64,000 bases of DNA from Octopus vulgaris (Eukaryota): the NCBI GenBank assembly GCA_951406725.2, contig OX597817.1, forward strand, positions 145,514,001-145,578,000. Reading direction: 5' to 3'. Shown piece after piece: positions 47,472-60,686 of the stretch. A program made the translations under genes and the position numbers. Under the pieces are notes generated by a model, which saw nothing but the letters and a program-made list of their open reading frames with translations, was not told the DNA's origin and did not search any database. Position 1 is the stretch's first letter, and every line of letters begins with the position of its first letter.

Positions 47472-47779
47472 TATGATAAACGTTGCCCTTTTCAAGCCTA
47501 GCCAGGCTCATGGGCCCGTTTTCTGTGGCATATGTGTTCCCCCCAGCAGGATGGGACACCAGTCCATCGCAGCGTTACTCAAGAAACAGGAAGAGAGAGT
47601 GAGAGAAAGTTGTGGCAAAAGAGTACAACAGGGGTCGCCACCACTCCCTGCTGGAGCCTCGTGGAGCTTTTAGGTGTTTTTGCTCAATAAACACACACAA
47701 CGCCCGGTCTGGGAATTGAAACCGCAATCCTCCGACCATGAGTCCACTGCCCTAACCGCCTGGGCCATTGTGCCTCCAC
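47472..47779 (-). mobile_element. tRNA-derived SINE with V-domain-like motif, TSD agtgttagta
   Basis: Minus strand has a tRNA-like head and ctgcgatggactggtgtcccatcc; a related decayed copy lies at about 15083-15270. Confidence 0.6.
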
Positions 47780-48789
47780 AGTGTTAGTACAGATACCAGC
47801 AAATACTTATATATCTTAAGCAGTTAATCAAGTATTGTCACCACCAATGGTGGAGAGTGCCAAATACTGGCATCTGTGCAAAGCAATGTTAATACAAATA
47901 CAGATAAGTAAATTAGGTAAACAAATAGAGTAAGGGTTGTTAATTTATTGAATTAGGTAGGCAGAGAGGATAAGGGAAGTTGATTCATCATGTATTGCTG
48001 GTGATGAATTAGTGAAGCTATAGGGACTGAGTGCAACATGCTCACCTTTAGTTCTCTTTTCTTTGGGGCAAAGTACCCAGCCACAGTGTGTGTGTGTGTT
48101 TTGCAGCAAAGTTGGTGACACTACTGGGCGAGGAGATGGGGCTAGAGAGGGTTGCCATGAAAAGTTCCAGTGTAGAAGAGAGATTTCTGGTATAGGGAGT
48201 GGGAATGGGTTGACGTATCACGCATGAGCAAACATCTTAGTAGACACAGGCAAATTCTGTTTATGTTTACATTTATGGATCAAGCGTAAAATAAACGAGT
48301 TGAATTTAGCACTGTCGGTGCTGGCATAAAATTAAATAAAGTTAAATTTAATTGAAATAAGTTAAATCAAAATGAATCAGGTTACATTAAAATTAGATTG
48401 AGCTAAGTTGGAAGTTAATAGAGTGACAAGAAGATCTAGATCTAGAATAGCTGTAGACAAGAACTCTTTACTTATCTCTGCATAATCTCAGCATGCAATG
48501 TGTGTCTGGTAAGAATGGGATATAAGAATGTGTGTGTGTATGTGTATAAAATAAGGAGTAAATATTCATATAGATGTTATTATTGTTATTATTATCTGCA
48601 GTAAAAATAAATAATTGATAACAATAATATAGGTGGCAGCAGGCATTATATAGTGTTAGATAGATATACAATTAAAATTTATATTTATCATAAGAGCACT
48701 TGAGGTGCCTACCTGCTAGAAAGTGGAGTTAAAACTCTCAACTTAGCCACCAATGACACTAAAAGATTTAACATACCATCACAGCTTAA

Positions 48790-50573
48790 TCTATATGTAA
48801 AAGGCAGGATGTGTGTGTGTACGTGAATGTAATTTATGCACATCCACAAATTAGCACACATGTCGCTCCAATTTTAGGAGGACATTCGTCAAATAATTTT
48901 TCCTGAGGCACCTGCGGGTAGCAGTAAAAATCAATTTTCAACCAATTTTGAAGGTTGCTAACATGAGTTAAGTCCCTTTTTGCCATAGCGAAGTGAAAGT
49001 GTGTGTGTGTGAGGGAGAGAGAAGTAGTGTGTTGATGTATGTATGTGTGTGTAAGAGAGAGATAGAGTAACACTGTTCACCAAAAATAAAAATGTAAAAT
49101 GTTCTTTTTTTTCTTAAACACGAGATATAGTGTTCAAATTTAGGAAGTTTTTGAAAGACACTATATTTTATAATCAAATTATATATACTTTCTCACACAA
49201 CAGTTAAAATATATTTATTTTAAATCATTTATTTATTTTAAATCGTTCATCTTTCTCCCCCCCCTCTCACACACACACATTACTTTGGGCGTGAAAGAGT
49301 TTTTTATTTTATGCCAAGAAAAAAAGTGTTTTGTTGAGAATCCATTTATTTAACAACATAGAAACAAAGAGGTAGGTAACAATTTGTCAGTGAATTACAC
49401 AATATAAGTGGGTAAAATTTCCGAGGCTCCACCACTCCACACCCCATTTCTCGGGCCACAATAAGGGTTTTGTAGCATATTAGGAGGCCAGGGTAGTTGA
49501 TTCCACGCAAAATATCCGATTGATTTTTCTTAGTGGAAATCGTGCAAGTGTTATCTAAAAATTTGCCTAGAGTTTTTCATGGTTAATTTTAGATTTAAAA
49601 AAAATGGTTTTCTATATTCTTGATCTCTGTATTTTTCCACGTACATTGAAAAAAATATGGTGAAAAGATCAATGGGTATGGGGGGGTAAAATTTCCAAGG
49701 CTTCCACCTCCCCACCACCACCCCACCCGTTTTCGGACCACAAAAAGGGTTTTGTAGCATATTAGGAGGCCAGGGTAGTTGATTCCACGCAAAAAATCCA
49801 AATTTTTTTTCTTAGTGAAAATCGTGCAAGTGTTAATATAAAACCTTTTTACCATTCATTTCTGTTTATGAAATTCTCTGTATGTAATTTTGCTTTGTCA
49901 GTGGTCAAGGCAAATGATGACTGGGAAAGCAACAGTGCCCTAATGTTGACATTGGATACAATGACCTGATCTACAATAATGTGCTGATTGAAATTGAGGA
50001 TGCCGTGCTCAAAATGGATGGGGCAGCGATGAACACATTCGGTTGGCCATCCTCATTGCGACAGGACATTAACACACAATCCCACCAAAGTTACTTCTGG
50101 AGTTGTAGTATGATGCTGATGGCCTTGCAGAGTACCTGAGAGTAAATGAACCGAAATTGCTCCCTGATCAGAGGCTGGTGTACAAAACTGTCATCAGTGC
50201 CGTTGAAAAATAGGCGGGCGGCATTTTTTACCTCGATGTTGCTAGAGGTACCAGCAAATCCTTTGTAACACAATTAATACTTTCTAAGATTCATCGCGAG
50301 AAACAAAGTGCGCTAGCCATTGCTTCCTCGGGAATCACTGCTACATTATTGCCGGGAGGTAGGATGGCGCACTTGGCATTCAAGCTGCCTTTATTCTTGG
50401 TGAGGGCCAAGGTTCCTTCTTGCAACATTGGCAAAAATTCAGAGGAAGCTGAAGTTCTTAGACAGATTTCGCTCAAATTTGATGTCGGTGTCACTTATTT
50501 TGGTTTGAAATAAAGCACCTGATCACTTAATAATCCTAACTTAATCCTGGGCAATGCCGGGTTACACTGCTAG
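48790..50573 (+). mobile_element. Helitron deletion derivative with Pif1-type RepHel helicase remnant
   Basis: A|TC start, hairpin plus CTAG|T end; about 50100-50400 translates to DQRLVYKTVISAV...FYLDVARGTSKSF...ALAIASSGITATLLPGGRMAHLAFKLPL; internal duplication of about 150 bp (49410 and 49685). Confidence 0.85.
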
Positions 50574-50731
50574 TGCTATATAGTTTGGCATTTGGAAATT
50601 CAACTTATCATGTTGGAGTCTGCTGGCATTCGGAATTGCTTCGCATCAAATTCAGAACAATTTCAATGTAAATATATTTATAATGAGGAGTAAATATTCA
50701 ACGTAGCGAGTTGAATTTTTCACTTGATAAG

Positions 50732-50785
50732 ACTTGCTGAAGACAGTTAAGACATTTCACCAAAACTCGAAATCATGATACAAGT
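50732..50785 (+). ncRNA. Type-I hammerhead ribozyme, palindromic stem III
   Basis: ACUUG-CUGAAGA-CAGUU...AACUC-GAAA-UCAUG-AUA-CAAGU; perfect 5-bp stem I, palindrome AUCAUGAU, AUA triplet; the first stem II pair is a C-C mismatch. Confidence 0.72.
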
Positions 50786-53700
50786 ATATCCGAATGCCAA
50801 GCTGTGATGGAATGTTAAATTTTTTGCTTCTGTTGAATTTTTCAGTGTCATTGGTGGTTAAGTTGAGGGTTTTAACTCCACTTTCTAGCAGGTAGGTGCC
50901 CTTATGATAAATATATATCCTTTTCTTTTATTCTTTCACTTGTTTCAGTCATTTGACTGCAACCATGCTGGAGCACCGTTTTTAGTCGAACAAATCGACA
51001 CCAGGACTTATTCTTTGTTAGCCTAGTACTTATTCTATTGGTCTCTTTTGCCGATCCGCTAGGTTATGGGACATAAATACACCAGCATTGGTTGTCAAGT
51101 GATGTTGTGGGGACAAACACACATACACAAACACACACACATACACACACACACACACACCTATATATATATATATATATATATGACAGGCTTCTTTCAG
51201 TTTCCGTCTACCAAATCCACTCACAAGGCTTTGGTCAGCCCGAGGCTATAGTAGAAGACATTTGCCGAAGGTGCCACGCAGTGGGACTGAACCCGGAATC
51301 ATGTGGTTGATAAGCAAGCTACTTACCACACAGCCATGATTTAATGTTCACTTTCTGTGCTGGCATGGGTTGGATGGTTTGACAGGAGCTGGCAAGCCGA
51401 GGATCTGCACCAGGCTCCAATTGTTTGTTCTGATATGGTTTCTATGGCTGTATGCCCTCCCTACTGCCAACCACTTTACAGAGGAAACAGTGCTTTTTAC
51501 GTCTCATACACGTGTTATTGGCATGCATGTAGTGTTCTTTATCTCCAATCTTTCATGAAAACTTGTCTTTTCATGGCGAAATATTACCTTACTTGGAAAC
51601 AGGTGAGGGCTGGTGACAGCAAGGACATCCAGCCATACAAAAAATGCCTTCTACAACTGAATTCACTCGCAAGGCTTGGTTAGCCCAATGCTACAGTAGA
51701 AAACACTTGCCCAAGGTACCACACAGTGGGACTGAACCCAAAACCACTTGGTTGGCAAGCAAGCTTCTTAACAACACTGCCACACCTGCTCTTATACTAC
51801 TCTTGCACCTAAATCTTTAATCCCATTTCCTCTGACACTCACATCTTTTACCCCTGTCTCTAACACAACGCTGCTGCCAGGATATTTTGAAAGGTGCTGA
51901 CAGCAGAGTCTAATTTTCTCTTTGTTCTACATAGAACAGCCACACAAAGTGATATCAAACCAATGCAGTTAAGCTCTGTTACTAGGAGGATTTCTCAGAG
52001 ATTTTTAAAGCAGCCACTTTAGCTTGTTACTAGATCCATGACTGATAGTCGCTTCTTTGTTTACATGTTGTGAGTAGGGACAGGTAGCTGCCATGTCTAG
52101 TGGGCAAACATCCAGTACTGAGGACAGAAAAGCACCTAGAAACCTGACCAGATCTACTAGTTTTGCCATGCTGGAGTGGGGGTGGTTCACTCCCTTACTT
52201 CCAATAAAACAGACACACATTGTGCATTGTTAACCAGTGGGAAAAGATGTTTTCCTGGGGTTAAAATGTAGTAACATTTGTTCTACATAGAACAGCCACA
52301 TAAAGTGGTATCAGAATGTTACGATAAACTGATTACTCTTGCTGTAAGTCTCTCTCTCATTCATCATCATCATCGTTTAATGTCTGCCTTCCGTGCTAGC
52401 ATGGGTGGAACAGTTTCACAAGAGCTGGCCAGGCAGAAGCCTGCACCAGACTTCTGTGACTGTTTTCGCAGGATTTTTACAGCTGGATGCCCTTCCTAAC
52501 ACGAGCCACTCAGCAGAGTGGACTTAGTGCTTTTTACGGGGCACAAACACAGGCAAGGTTAGTTTTGGCAAGGTTTTTACAGCTGGATACCCTTCCAAAC
52601 ACCAACCACTTTACAGTGCAGACTTGGTGCTATTAAGTGGCATCTGCACTGACAGGATCACCAAGTAATTGCAAGACAAATAAAAAAAAACAAAAACATT
52701 CTTCTAAATCAGTGGTTCTCAGCCAGGGTCCACGTGACCATTGGGTGGGGTCCGTGTAAGATTTACTTGTTAATATGCAATCAGTTAGTTAAACTTTTAC
52801 ACTACACAGAATACTGTAACAATTTTTTTATACAATTCCTAATAATAAATAAATTAAAAGAATATAATAGGATTTTTTAAACATTGAATGTCTATGGGTG
52901 TCCACCCAGCTGAAATAGGAATCAGAGGGGTCCATAGGGACAAAAATGGTTGATCTGTTAATCTGTGATCTTCATCACTCTCCAAACTCATTACTCTTAC
53001 CAAAAGTTGTTTAATTATCTTTTGTCTTACATTGATGACAACTGTCTTATCCTACTTCTCCCTGTCTCACCATCATCATCTTAGGTAACTTCACTGCACA
53101 CCTCTCTCAGCTCCCACAGCTCAGAATGGTAAATCATTCTCAAGCTTTAATTTTGTCTGTTACATTCTCCCTGCATATTAATGACCTGCCTGCTCTTACT
53201 TTTACACCCTGTTATTACTACATAGATGTTACTACCATTCATCATCATCATCATCATTTAACATCCGTTTTCCACGCTAGCATGGGTTGGACGGTTCGAC
53301 TGGGGTCTGGAAGCCATGGAGGCTGCACCAGGCTCCAGTCTGATTTGGCAGTGTTTCTACAGCTGGATGCCCTTCCTAACGCCAACCACTCCATGAGTGT
53401 AGTGGGTGTTTTTTACGTGCCACCGGCACAGGGGCCAGGGCAGGCTGGCAAATGGCCATGATCGGTTGGTGTTTTTACGTATCACCGACATGGACGTCAG
53501 TCAGGTGGCGCTGGCATCTGCCACGTTCGGATGGTGCTTTTTTCGTGTCACTGATACAGGTGTCTTAACTACAATTTCTATTTCATTTCTATTAAACTTG
53601 CACAGACAAGCTAGACACTCCCTGCTAGACAGATCTGCACAACCTTCATGCACAAAAACCAGGAAAAAACAAAACAAAGAAAAACATTTTCTAGTGACAC

Positions 53701-55237
53701 ATGTCAACATAGTTTCATTGAATAGTAGAAAAACACAATCATTTTGTATATCAATGAAACAGGTTTCTGTTTCACTTGATCTACATATGAACAACTCACA
53801 ACTGAAACTGTCAAGTTGCTTCAAATGGACCTCACAAAAATCCAGTGATCTTTCTAAGCATTTTCACCAACAGTCACATGTACGGATGACATACATTATT
53901 CCTTAATACAGCTATGACTATAAGGCCACTTTTCCAATATTATTATTATTATTCTCCAATATTATGTATTACTGTTGATATATAACAGCATAAAGTTCAT
54001 CATCATCATCGTTTAACGTCCGTTTTCCATGCTAGCATGGATTGGATGATTTGACTGAGGTCTGGCAAACTAGATGGCTGCACCAGGCTCCAATCTTGAT
54101 CTGGTAGAGTTTCTACAGCTGGATGCCCTTCCTAATGCCAACCACTCCAAGAGTGTAGTAGGTGCTTTTATATGCCACCAGCATGGGGTCTAGTCAGGCG
54201 GCACTGGCAATGACCTCGCTCAAATGTTTTTACATGTGCCACCGGCACAAGTGCCAGTAAGGCGACACTGGTAACAATCATGCTTGAATGGTGCCTTTTA
54301 TGTGCCACCTGCACGGAAGCCAGTTAGTCGCTCTGGCAACGATCACACTCGGATGGTGCTCTTAGCACCCTACTAGAACAGGCCAGTAAGGTGACGCTGG
54401 TAACGATCACACTCGACTGGTGCCTTTTAGGTGCCATTGGCACGGAAGCCGGTTGGCCACTCTGTCCACAATCACACTCATATGGTGTTCTTTGCACCCC
54501 ACTAGCACGGATGCCAGTTGTAATTAATACTTTTCATAACACAGCATATGATATAATCTATTAAGTATTTAGGAAATTTAAAAGCATTTATTTTTGACTT
54601 GTTTTAGTCATTAGACTGTGGCCATGCTGGGGCACCTCCTTGAAGAATTTTAGTCACATTAATCAACACCCATACTTTTTTTTTTAAAGCTTGGTACTTA
54701 TTTTTTTTATATCTGTTTGCTGAACTGTTAAGTTACAGGGATGTAAACACACCAACACCAGTTCTAAAGTGGTGATAGGAGACAAACACAGCTACAAAGA
54801 CACACACATGCACATAGATATGTGTGTATGTGTATGACAGGCTTCTTTCAGTTTCCATCTACCAAATCCACTCACAAGGCTTTGGTCGGCCTGAGGCAGT
54901 AGTAGATGATACTTGCTTAATATTCCATGCAGTGGGACTGAACCCGGAACCATGTGATTGGGAGGCAAACTTCTTACCACACTGCCACACCCTTGTCTCT
55001 TTATAAATATAACGATATGAATTAGTTGTATATAAACTATCTTTCGTTTTCCTGTGTACCAACAGAAAACCTTGAGCTTCACAGATCTTATTGGGCAAAA
55101 TAATGAAACTGGTTGCACAGTGTCTATTGTTTACCATGTTTTGTTGTAGAAAAATATCTGGAAAACATCTGAAATCAGATGAGAGGTCACAATGTTCTTC
55201 ATAAAATTTTTATTATGGTAAATTAAAACGTTCACTG

Positions 55238-56044
55238 TTTAACCCATTTGTTACCATATTTCTGTTGAAATGCACCCATTTATTTCAGTTAATTTTTAAA
55301 ATAATGAAAAAAACAGTATTATAATTTGTTATTAAACAGATTTTTGGAACACAAATTAACATGAAATTTTTAATTGGGAATTTTAATTTAGATCACTTTA
55401 ACCCTTTTGTTACCATATTTCTGTGGTGATGCTCTGTGTTTCTTTCAATTAATTTTAAATATAACTAAGAATTTAGTAAAACAACTTAGTTATCATTAAG
55501 CTAGTGTTAGGAACATAAATTGTGACTAAGGTTTGGTGGAAGGTTTTAATTCAGAACTTATGAAAACAAGACATTTGTACTACAGAGCCAGAGGTAGTTT
55601 CAGACAGGTTGGTATCATTTGTTAAGCCTTTTTGTTACTATATTTCTGTTGAGATGCTCTGTGTTTCTTTCAATTAATTTGAAATATAACAAAGAATTTA
55701 GTATAATAATTTAGTTATCATTAAGCTAGTGTTAGGAATCTCCAGGGATACAGGCATCCAGCAACAGGACCTCCGTAATGCTATGATGGACCGTGAAGTC
55801 TGGTGTAGCATGGTAAATTCCATTGTCTCGACCACGGTCGAACAATGATGATGATGATATTAGGAACATAAAACTGTGACTAAGGTTTGGTGTAAGATTT
55901 TAATTCAGAACTTCCGGAAACAAGACATTTGTACTACAGAGCCAGAGGTGGGTTCAGGTGGGTTGGTATCAAAAGGGTTGAAGTAGGAAGTTTGTGTCAT
56001 AGAATCAGGAGTAACCTCAGCCAGTTTAGTATTAAAAAGGTTAA
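55238..56044. mobile_element. Nested/tandem TTAA-flanked MITEs (piggyBac-like ends)
   Basis: ttaacccttttgttacca-like starts at about 55239, 55398 and 55622; ends ggtatcaaaagggtt (55979) and aaaagggttaa (56044). Confidence 0.6.
55739..55859 (+). pseudogene. Short 3' end of a second RTE family, 7-bp TSD
   Basis: Translates to SRDTGIQQQDLRNAMMDREVWCSMV...*, then (GAT)n; ttaggaa at 55732 and 55860. Confidence 0.65.
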
Positions 56045-56178
56045 ATTCAGTGTCTATTAGAAACAGCACAAGAAATAGAATTTGGAATGTGAAAATGTAA
56101 TCTGTTAAAAGAGAATTTAGCAACTGTTCGTAAAACGTAGATGAAACCATAATAGAAATACTTTTGATTCAAAAGTTA

Positions 56179-56196
56179 TGGTGTCTAATTGTAACA

Positions 56197-56270
<74 letters not shown>
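56179..56270. repeat. (TG)n(AG)n compound microsatellite
   Basis: Directly visible. Confidence 0.95.
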
Positions 56271-57223
56271 TGAGTGGGTGAAGATAAATGTGTCTGTTAG
56301 AATATTAACATCTATATAAACATATGGATGAGAGAGTGTGTATGTTTAAGAGCTCAAAAAGTCCTTTTTCTACTCTGTTCAGTGGATGTTAGCAAGTTGT
56401 TTGTTGAACAGTGAGCATACCGAAAGTAAACAATTTGATTGGCTGAAAACAGCCAATGAAAATAGTTATGTAATGTGCTTCTGAGAAAGTGGTATGGTCC
56501 ACATGACAAACAAGTGAACTCAATACTTGTGATAATTGGGTAATGGAGTCATGTGACAATTAAAAAGTGCACCGAAATTAAGACAAACAAAATTATGATA
56601 ATAGCAGCTGAGTGCAATAGTGTATAATGTATCTGAGTATGTTTATCTGTCTGCCTCTGTATGTGTGTGTGTAAGTATGAAAGGATAACAGGGTAATAAT
56701 TGCACAAGTCTATTTAAACATTTTTAGTCTTGTAAAGATTGTTGTTGTTGAGCCTCATCATTGATTGTGCAAACTCATGGTGTCAAAGGTATCCTAGCTA
56801 TGACCATTCTACTTTTTCGCTTTTGTCATAGTGTATCCAGGACTATATTTTCCAACGTGTGCTTCCCTTTCTTTTTAAAATGATAAGGTATGATATGAGG
56901 ATGATTTTGCTATTTTCTATGGGTTGAGTAACCACATAAAGATACTCCCATTGATTAATGTTGCAAAGATTGTTTTGCATTGTGGCCAAGAACGAAGCCT
57001 TTTTTTTTTTTGTCTTTTTACAAGTTTCTTTTAGTTATACAAAAGATGTCACACATTTTCTACGATGGTCACAAGCAATATATAACCAGTACATGAACAA
57101 TCATCATCATTTAATGTCCATTTTCCATGCTGCCATGTGTTAGATGGTTTGACCGGAGCTGGTAAGCCAGAGGGCTGCACCAGGCTGCAGTCATCTGTTT
57201 TGGTTTGGTTTCTTTGCCTGGAT

Positions 57224-57880
57224 GACTTTTGTGAGCCACTCTCTGGCTATCTATCTGAGGCTTTATATAGCTATGGTGCGGCCTCACCTGGAATTTGCAT
57301 CACCGGTCTGGAACCCCTATCTTGCCCAGGATATTAATCATCTGGAAACCATTCAGTGACGTGTAACCAAGAGAATACCCTCCATCAAGCATTTGCCATA
57401 TTCTGAATGCCTTACTTCCCTGGGCATGGATACAGTGAAACTCCAACGTTTGGCAGCTGACTTGGCAGACACCCATAAAATTATTAACCATCTTACTAAC
57501 AATAACTCTGAGCACCTTTTCAAACTCCACCTGTCTAACACCCATGGACATGTTTACAAAGTCAGAAAACAACACAGCTCCCATGACTTTCGGAAACATA
57601 TTTCCCGCCAAGAGTTGCTGAAGTATGGAACAAATTGCCAGTATCAGTTTTTAGTTGTCAGAACACTGCATCCTTCAAAACTTCCATGCCTCCTGAGATT
57701 CGCCAATACTACACCTGATTTTCTCCCCTCCATACACAAGCAAGCATGCATCTGACTCATACACTGTTCACTTTCCAGACATTTGGACATAACTGCATAT
57801 TCTTTATACACACTTTCGACAAGTTGTGGTGCACCTGAGCACTGTATACAATAATTTCATTATTATTAATTATTATTATG
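57224..57880 (+). pseudogene. 5'-truncated CR1 3' fragment
   Basis: [27 protein letters not shown]...NNNSEHLFKLH matches the ORF2 C-terminus; same 3' UTR as the 29241 copy. Confidence 0.9.
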
Positions 57881-59063
57881 CCAATGACTTTACACAGTGT
57901 ACTGGGTGTTTTTTACATGTTATAGAACGGGTGCTCTTTACATGTCATCATCACAAGTGCTTTTTACATGTCACCAGCACAGGTGTCTATTATGTGTCAC
58001 TATCACAGGTGCCTTTTATGTGTCACCAGCATATGTCCCTTCTATGTTTCACTGGCACAGGTGCTTCTTATGTGGCACTGGCTTGGGTGCTTTTTATGTG
58101 GCACCAGCACCAGTGTGGTTGCCAAGTAACTTGTAAGATAAAGACCTCTTGGTTGAGAGAGGGAATCCACTATCATCATCGTTATCATCATTTAATGTCT
58201 GCTTTCCATGCTGGTATGGGTTGGACAGTTTGACTGAGGACTGGCAAACCAGAAGACTGCACCAGGCTCCAATCCAGTCTGCAAAGTTTCTACAGCTGGA
58301 TGCCATCCACTCTGAGAGTGTAGTGGGTGCTTTTTACATACCACCAGCACAAGGGCCAGTCAGGTGGTACTGGCATCAACCATGCTTGATTGGTGCTTTT
58401 TACATGTCACTGGCACAGGAGTCAGTCAGGTGGTACTGGCAAGTAAAAGAAAATATAAGAACTGAAAACAAGAATCTTAGAAGTCTTGAAATTATGACAG
58501 CCTACTTCCTGATCATGTGATCTCATAAACTTTGATGATAACCTAAAATAATTGTCAAATGTAATAAATAGCAGAGACTCAAAATCGCCAGGCTGTGGAT
58601 CATTTGGTGCTGGGCCATGTAGAAAGAATACATTTTAAAATTCTATTTCTATTTTATTGACTGTCACAGTCTACAGGGTGTTTTCACATTATATATGTTT
58701 TATATATGTCATATGAGAGAATCTCCTTTTGAAGATGACATATGAGTATTCAGTCTATATGGAATGACCTGCACAAATGATTTGGTTATATTGATCAAAT
58801 GCATGTGTTGGACATTAACTCACTCCCTCCATCAAATCAACATTGTATAGGTGCACAAGGGTGCCATTCATCAGATATTGAAATAATTTACAAAGCAATG
58901 TGAAATGAAGTGTTTTGCACAAGAGCACAATGTTCCACCTAGTCCAGAAATTGAACACACAATCAAGCGATCATGAGTGCAATACTGTAATCACCAGGAT
59001 ATATGCCTATATTATATACTATAATATATGTAATATATAATAGACATGGCTGTGTGGTAAGAA

Positions 59064-59085
59064 GCTTGCTTCGGCCATACATATG

Positions 59086-59118
<33 letters not shown>

Positions 59119-59166
59119 GGCCCCGGCGCAAGGATGACATGCAAATTCATGAAGCGTTCCATATTT
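59064..59166 (+). pseudogene. U6: U6 snRNA retro-pseudogene, near full length
   Basis: gcttgcttcgg...ctaaaattggaacgatACAGAGAagattAGCatggcccc.gcgcaaggatgaca.gcaaattc.tgaagcgttccatattt; several substitutions, two at CpG; no upstream promoter because it sits inside a SINE. Confidence 0.93.
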
Positions 59167-59169
59167 ATT

Positions 59170-59400
59170 AAGGAGGCGAGCTGGCAGAATCGTTAGCATG
59201 TCAGGCGAAATGCTTAGCGGTATTTTGTCTGCCGCTACGTTCTGAGTTCAAATTCCGCCGAGGTCGACTATGCCTTTCATCTTTTCGGGGTCGATAAATT
59301 AAGTACCAGTTACGCATTGGGATCAATGTAATCGACTTAATCCATTTGTCTCTCCTTGTTTGTCCTCTCTGTGTTTAGCCCCTTGTGGGCAATAAAGAAA
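59170..59400 (+). mobile_element. SINE family A fused to the 3' end of U6
   Basis: Full-length copy starting 3 nt after the U6 end; TSD taagaagcttgcttc (59058-59072 and 59401-59415) encloses both parts. Confidence 0.88.
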
Positions 59401-59908
59401 TAAGAAGCTTGCTTCCCAACCAACCTGTTCTGGGTTCAGTCTCACTGAGTGGCACCTTGGGTATGTGTCTTCTTCTATAGCCTTGGGCCGACCAAAGCAT
59501 TGTGAGTGGATTGGTCAATGGAAACTGAAAGAAGTCCGTCGTATATATTTTTATATATCTGTGTGTGTATTTGTGTGTGTGTGTTTCTGTCTGTGTTAGT
59601 CTCCCACCACCGTTTGTCAACTGGTGTTGGTGTGTTTACATTTCCATAACTTAGCAATTCAGCAAAAGAGACTGATAGAATAAGTACTAAGCTGAAAAAA
59701 ATAGTAATGGATTGATTCATTCAGCTAAAAATTCTTCAAGTTAGTGCCCCAGCATGGCTGCATTCTGGTAACTGAAACAAAAAAATAAAAAATAAAATTG
59801 CATATTAAGCACTTTATTGTGTTTTGTTATCATTTGATCCCCAGGACATGGAAAAGCTGTCTTGCACAGAACTGATCCATTGTGCAAAAAATATTGAGGA
59901 TTGCTGAT

Positions 59909-60593
59909 TGTTTTATCCTTACGCCTCCAATATTGTACCGTTTTAAGGTGGCGAGCTGGCAGAAACGTTAGCACACCGGGTGAAATGCTTAGCAGTATTT
60001 CACCTGTCATTACGTTCTGAGTTCAAATTCCGACAAGGTCGACTTTGCCTTTCATCCTTTCGGGGTTGATTAAATAAGTACCAGTTACGCACTGGGGTTG
60101 ATATAATCGACTTAATCCGTTTGTCTGTCCTTGTTTGTCCTCTCTGTGTTTAGCCCCTTGTGGGTAGTAAAGAAATAGGTATTTTGTCTGTCTTTACATT
60201 CTGAGTTCTAATTCCATCAAGGTCGACTTTTCCATTCATCCTTTCGGGGTCGATACATTAAATACTAGTTGTGTACTGGGGTCGATCTAATCGACTGCCT
60301 CCCCCTCCCCAAAAATTTCGCGCCTTGTGCTTAGAGTAGAAAAAAATATCGTAGTGCGGTTGATAATGTCGACAATGGGTAAAGAATATACTGTAACAGT
60401 GTTATAACAATACAAAATAGAAACAGCAACAGCAACAAACACATAACGAACCAACAATCAATATTTCCAACACACTAACTTGAATTGTACCTGGACTTCG
60501 AAGATCAAACTACCAACTACATCAGACCGCTACTATTCATATGTAATGGTCCTGTCTATTCTTGTCAAAGGGTGTTGTACTCTCACCACAACA
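59909..60593 (-). mobile_element. Solo LTR of the same Gypsy family, interrupted by a SINE A doublet (about 59945-60345)
   Basis: Reverse complement of 43565-43840; flanks ctgat/ctggt (5-bp TSD, one mismatch). Confidence 0.8.
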
Positions 60594-60686
60594 CTGGTAT
60601 ATAGGATTGTAGATAACTTGGTAAAGATTAATTTTATATGTTTGATTTCCACAGTATATATTTTCTTTTCTTTTTTTTTTCTTTAG

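Larger units (their letters stand above)
48690..50908. mobile_element. Inverted-repeat element carrying a hammerhead, split by a Helitron
   Basis: 48690-48787 is inverted at 50799-50908 (cctacctgctagaaagtggagttaaaac...ccatcacagctt). Confidence 0.65.

Noticed and set aside
54170-54520. Regularly spaced ggtgcttttacgtgccac subrepeats as a CRISPR-like array
   Set aside because: Eukaryotic context, degenerate repeats with related spacers, part of a dispersed retroelement family, no cas genes.
58233-58262. CTGAGGA-CTGG-CAAA-CCAG hairpin in the RTE-tail family as a hammerhead
   Set aside because: No GAAA after the stem and no stem III or NUH site; other copies have ATGG there.
59064-59166. Functional U6 gene
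   Set aside because: No upstream PSE/TATA context, 5' stem substitutions, CpG decay, short T run and flanking TSD indicate a retrocopy.
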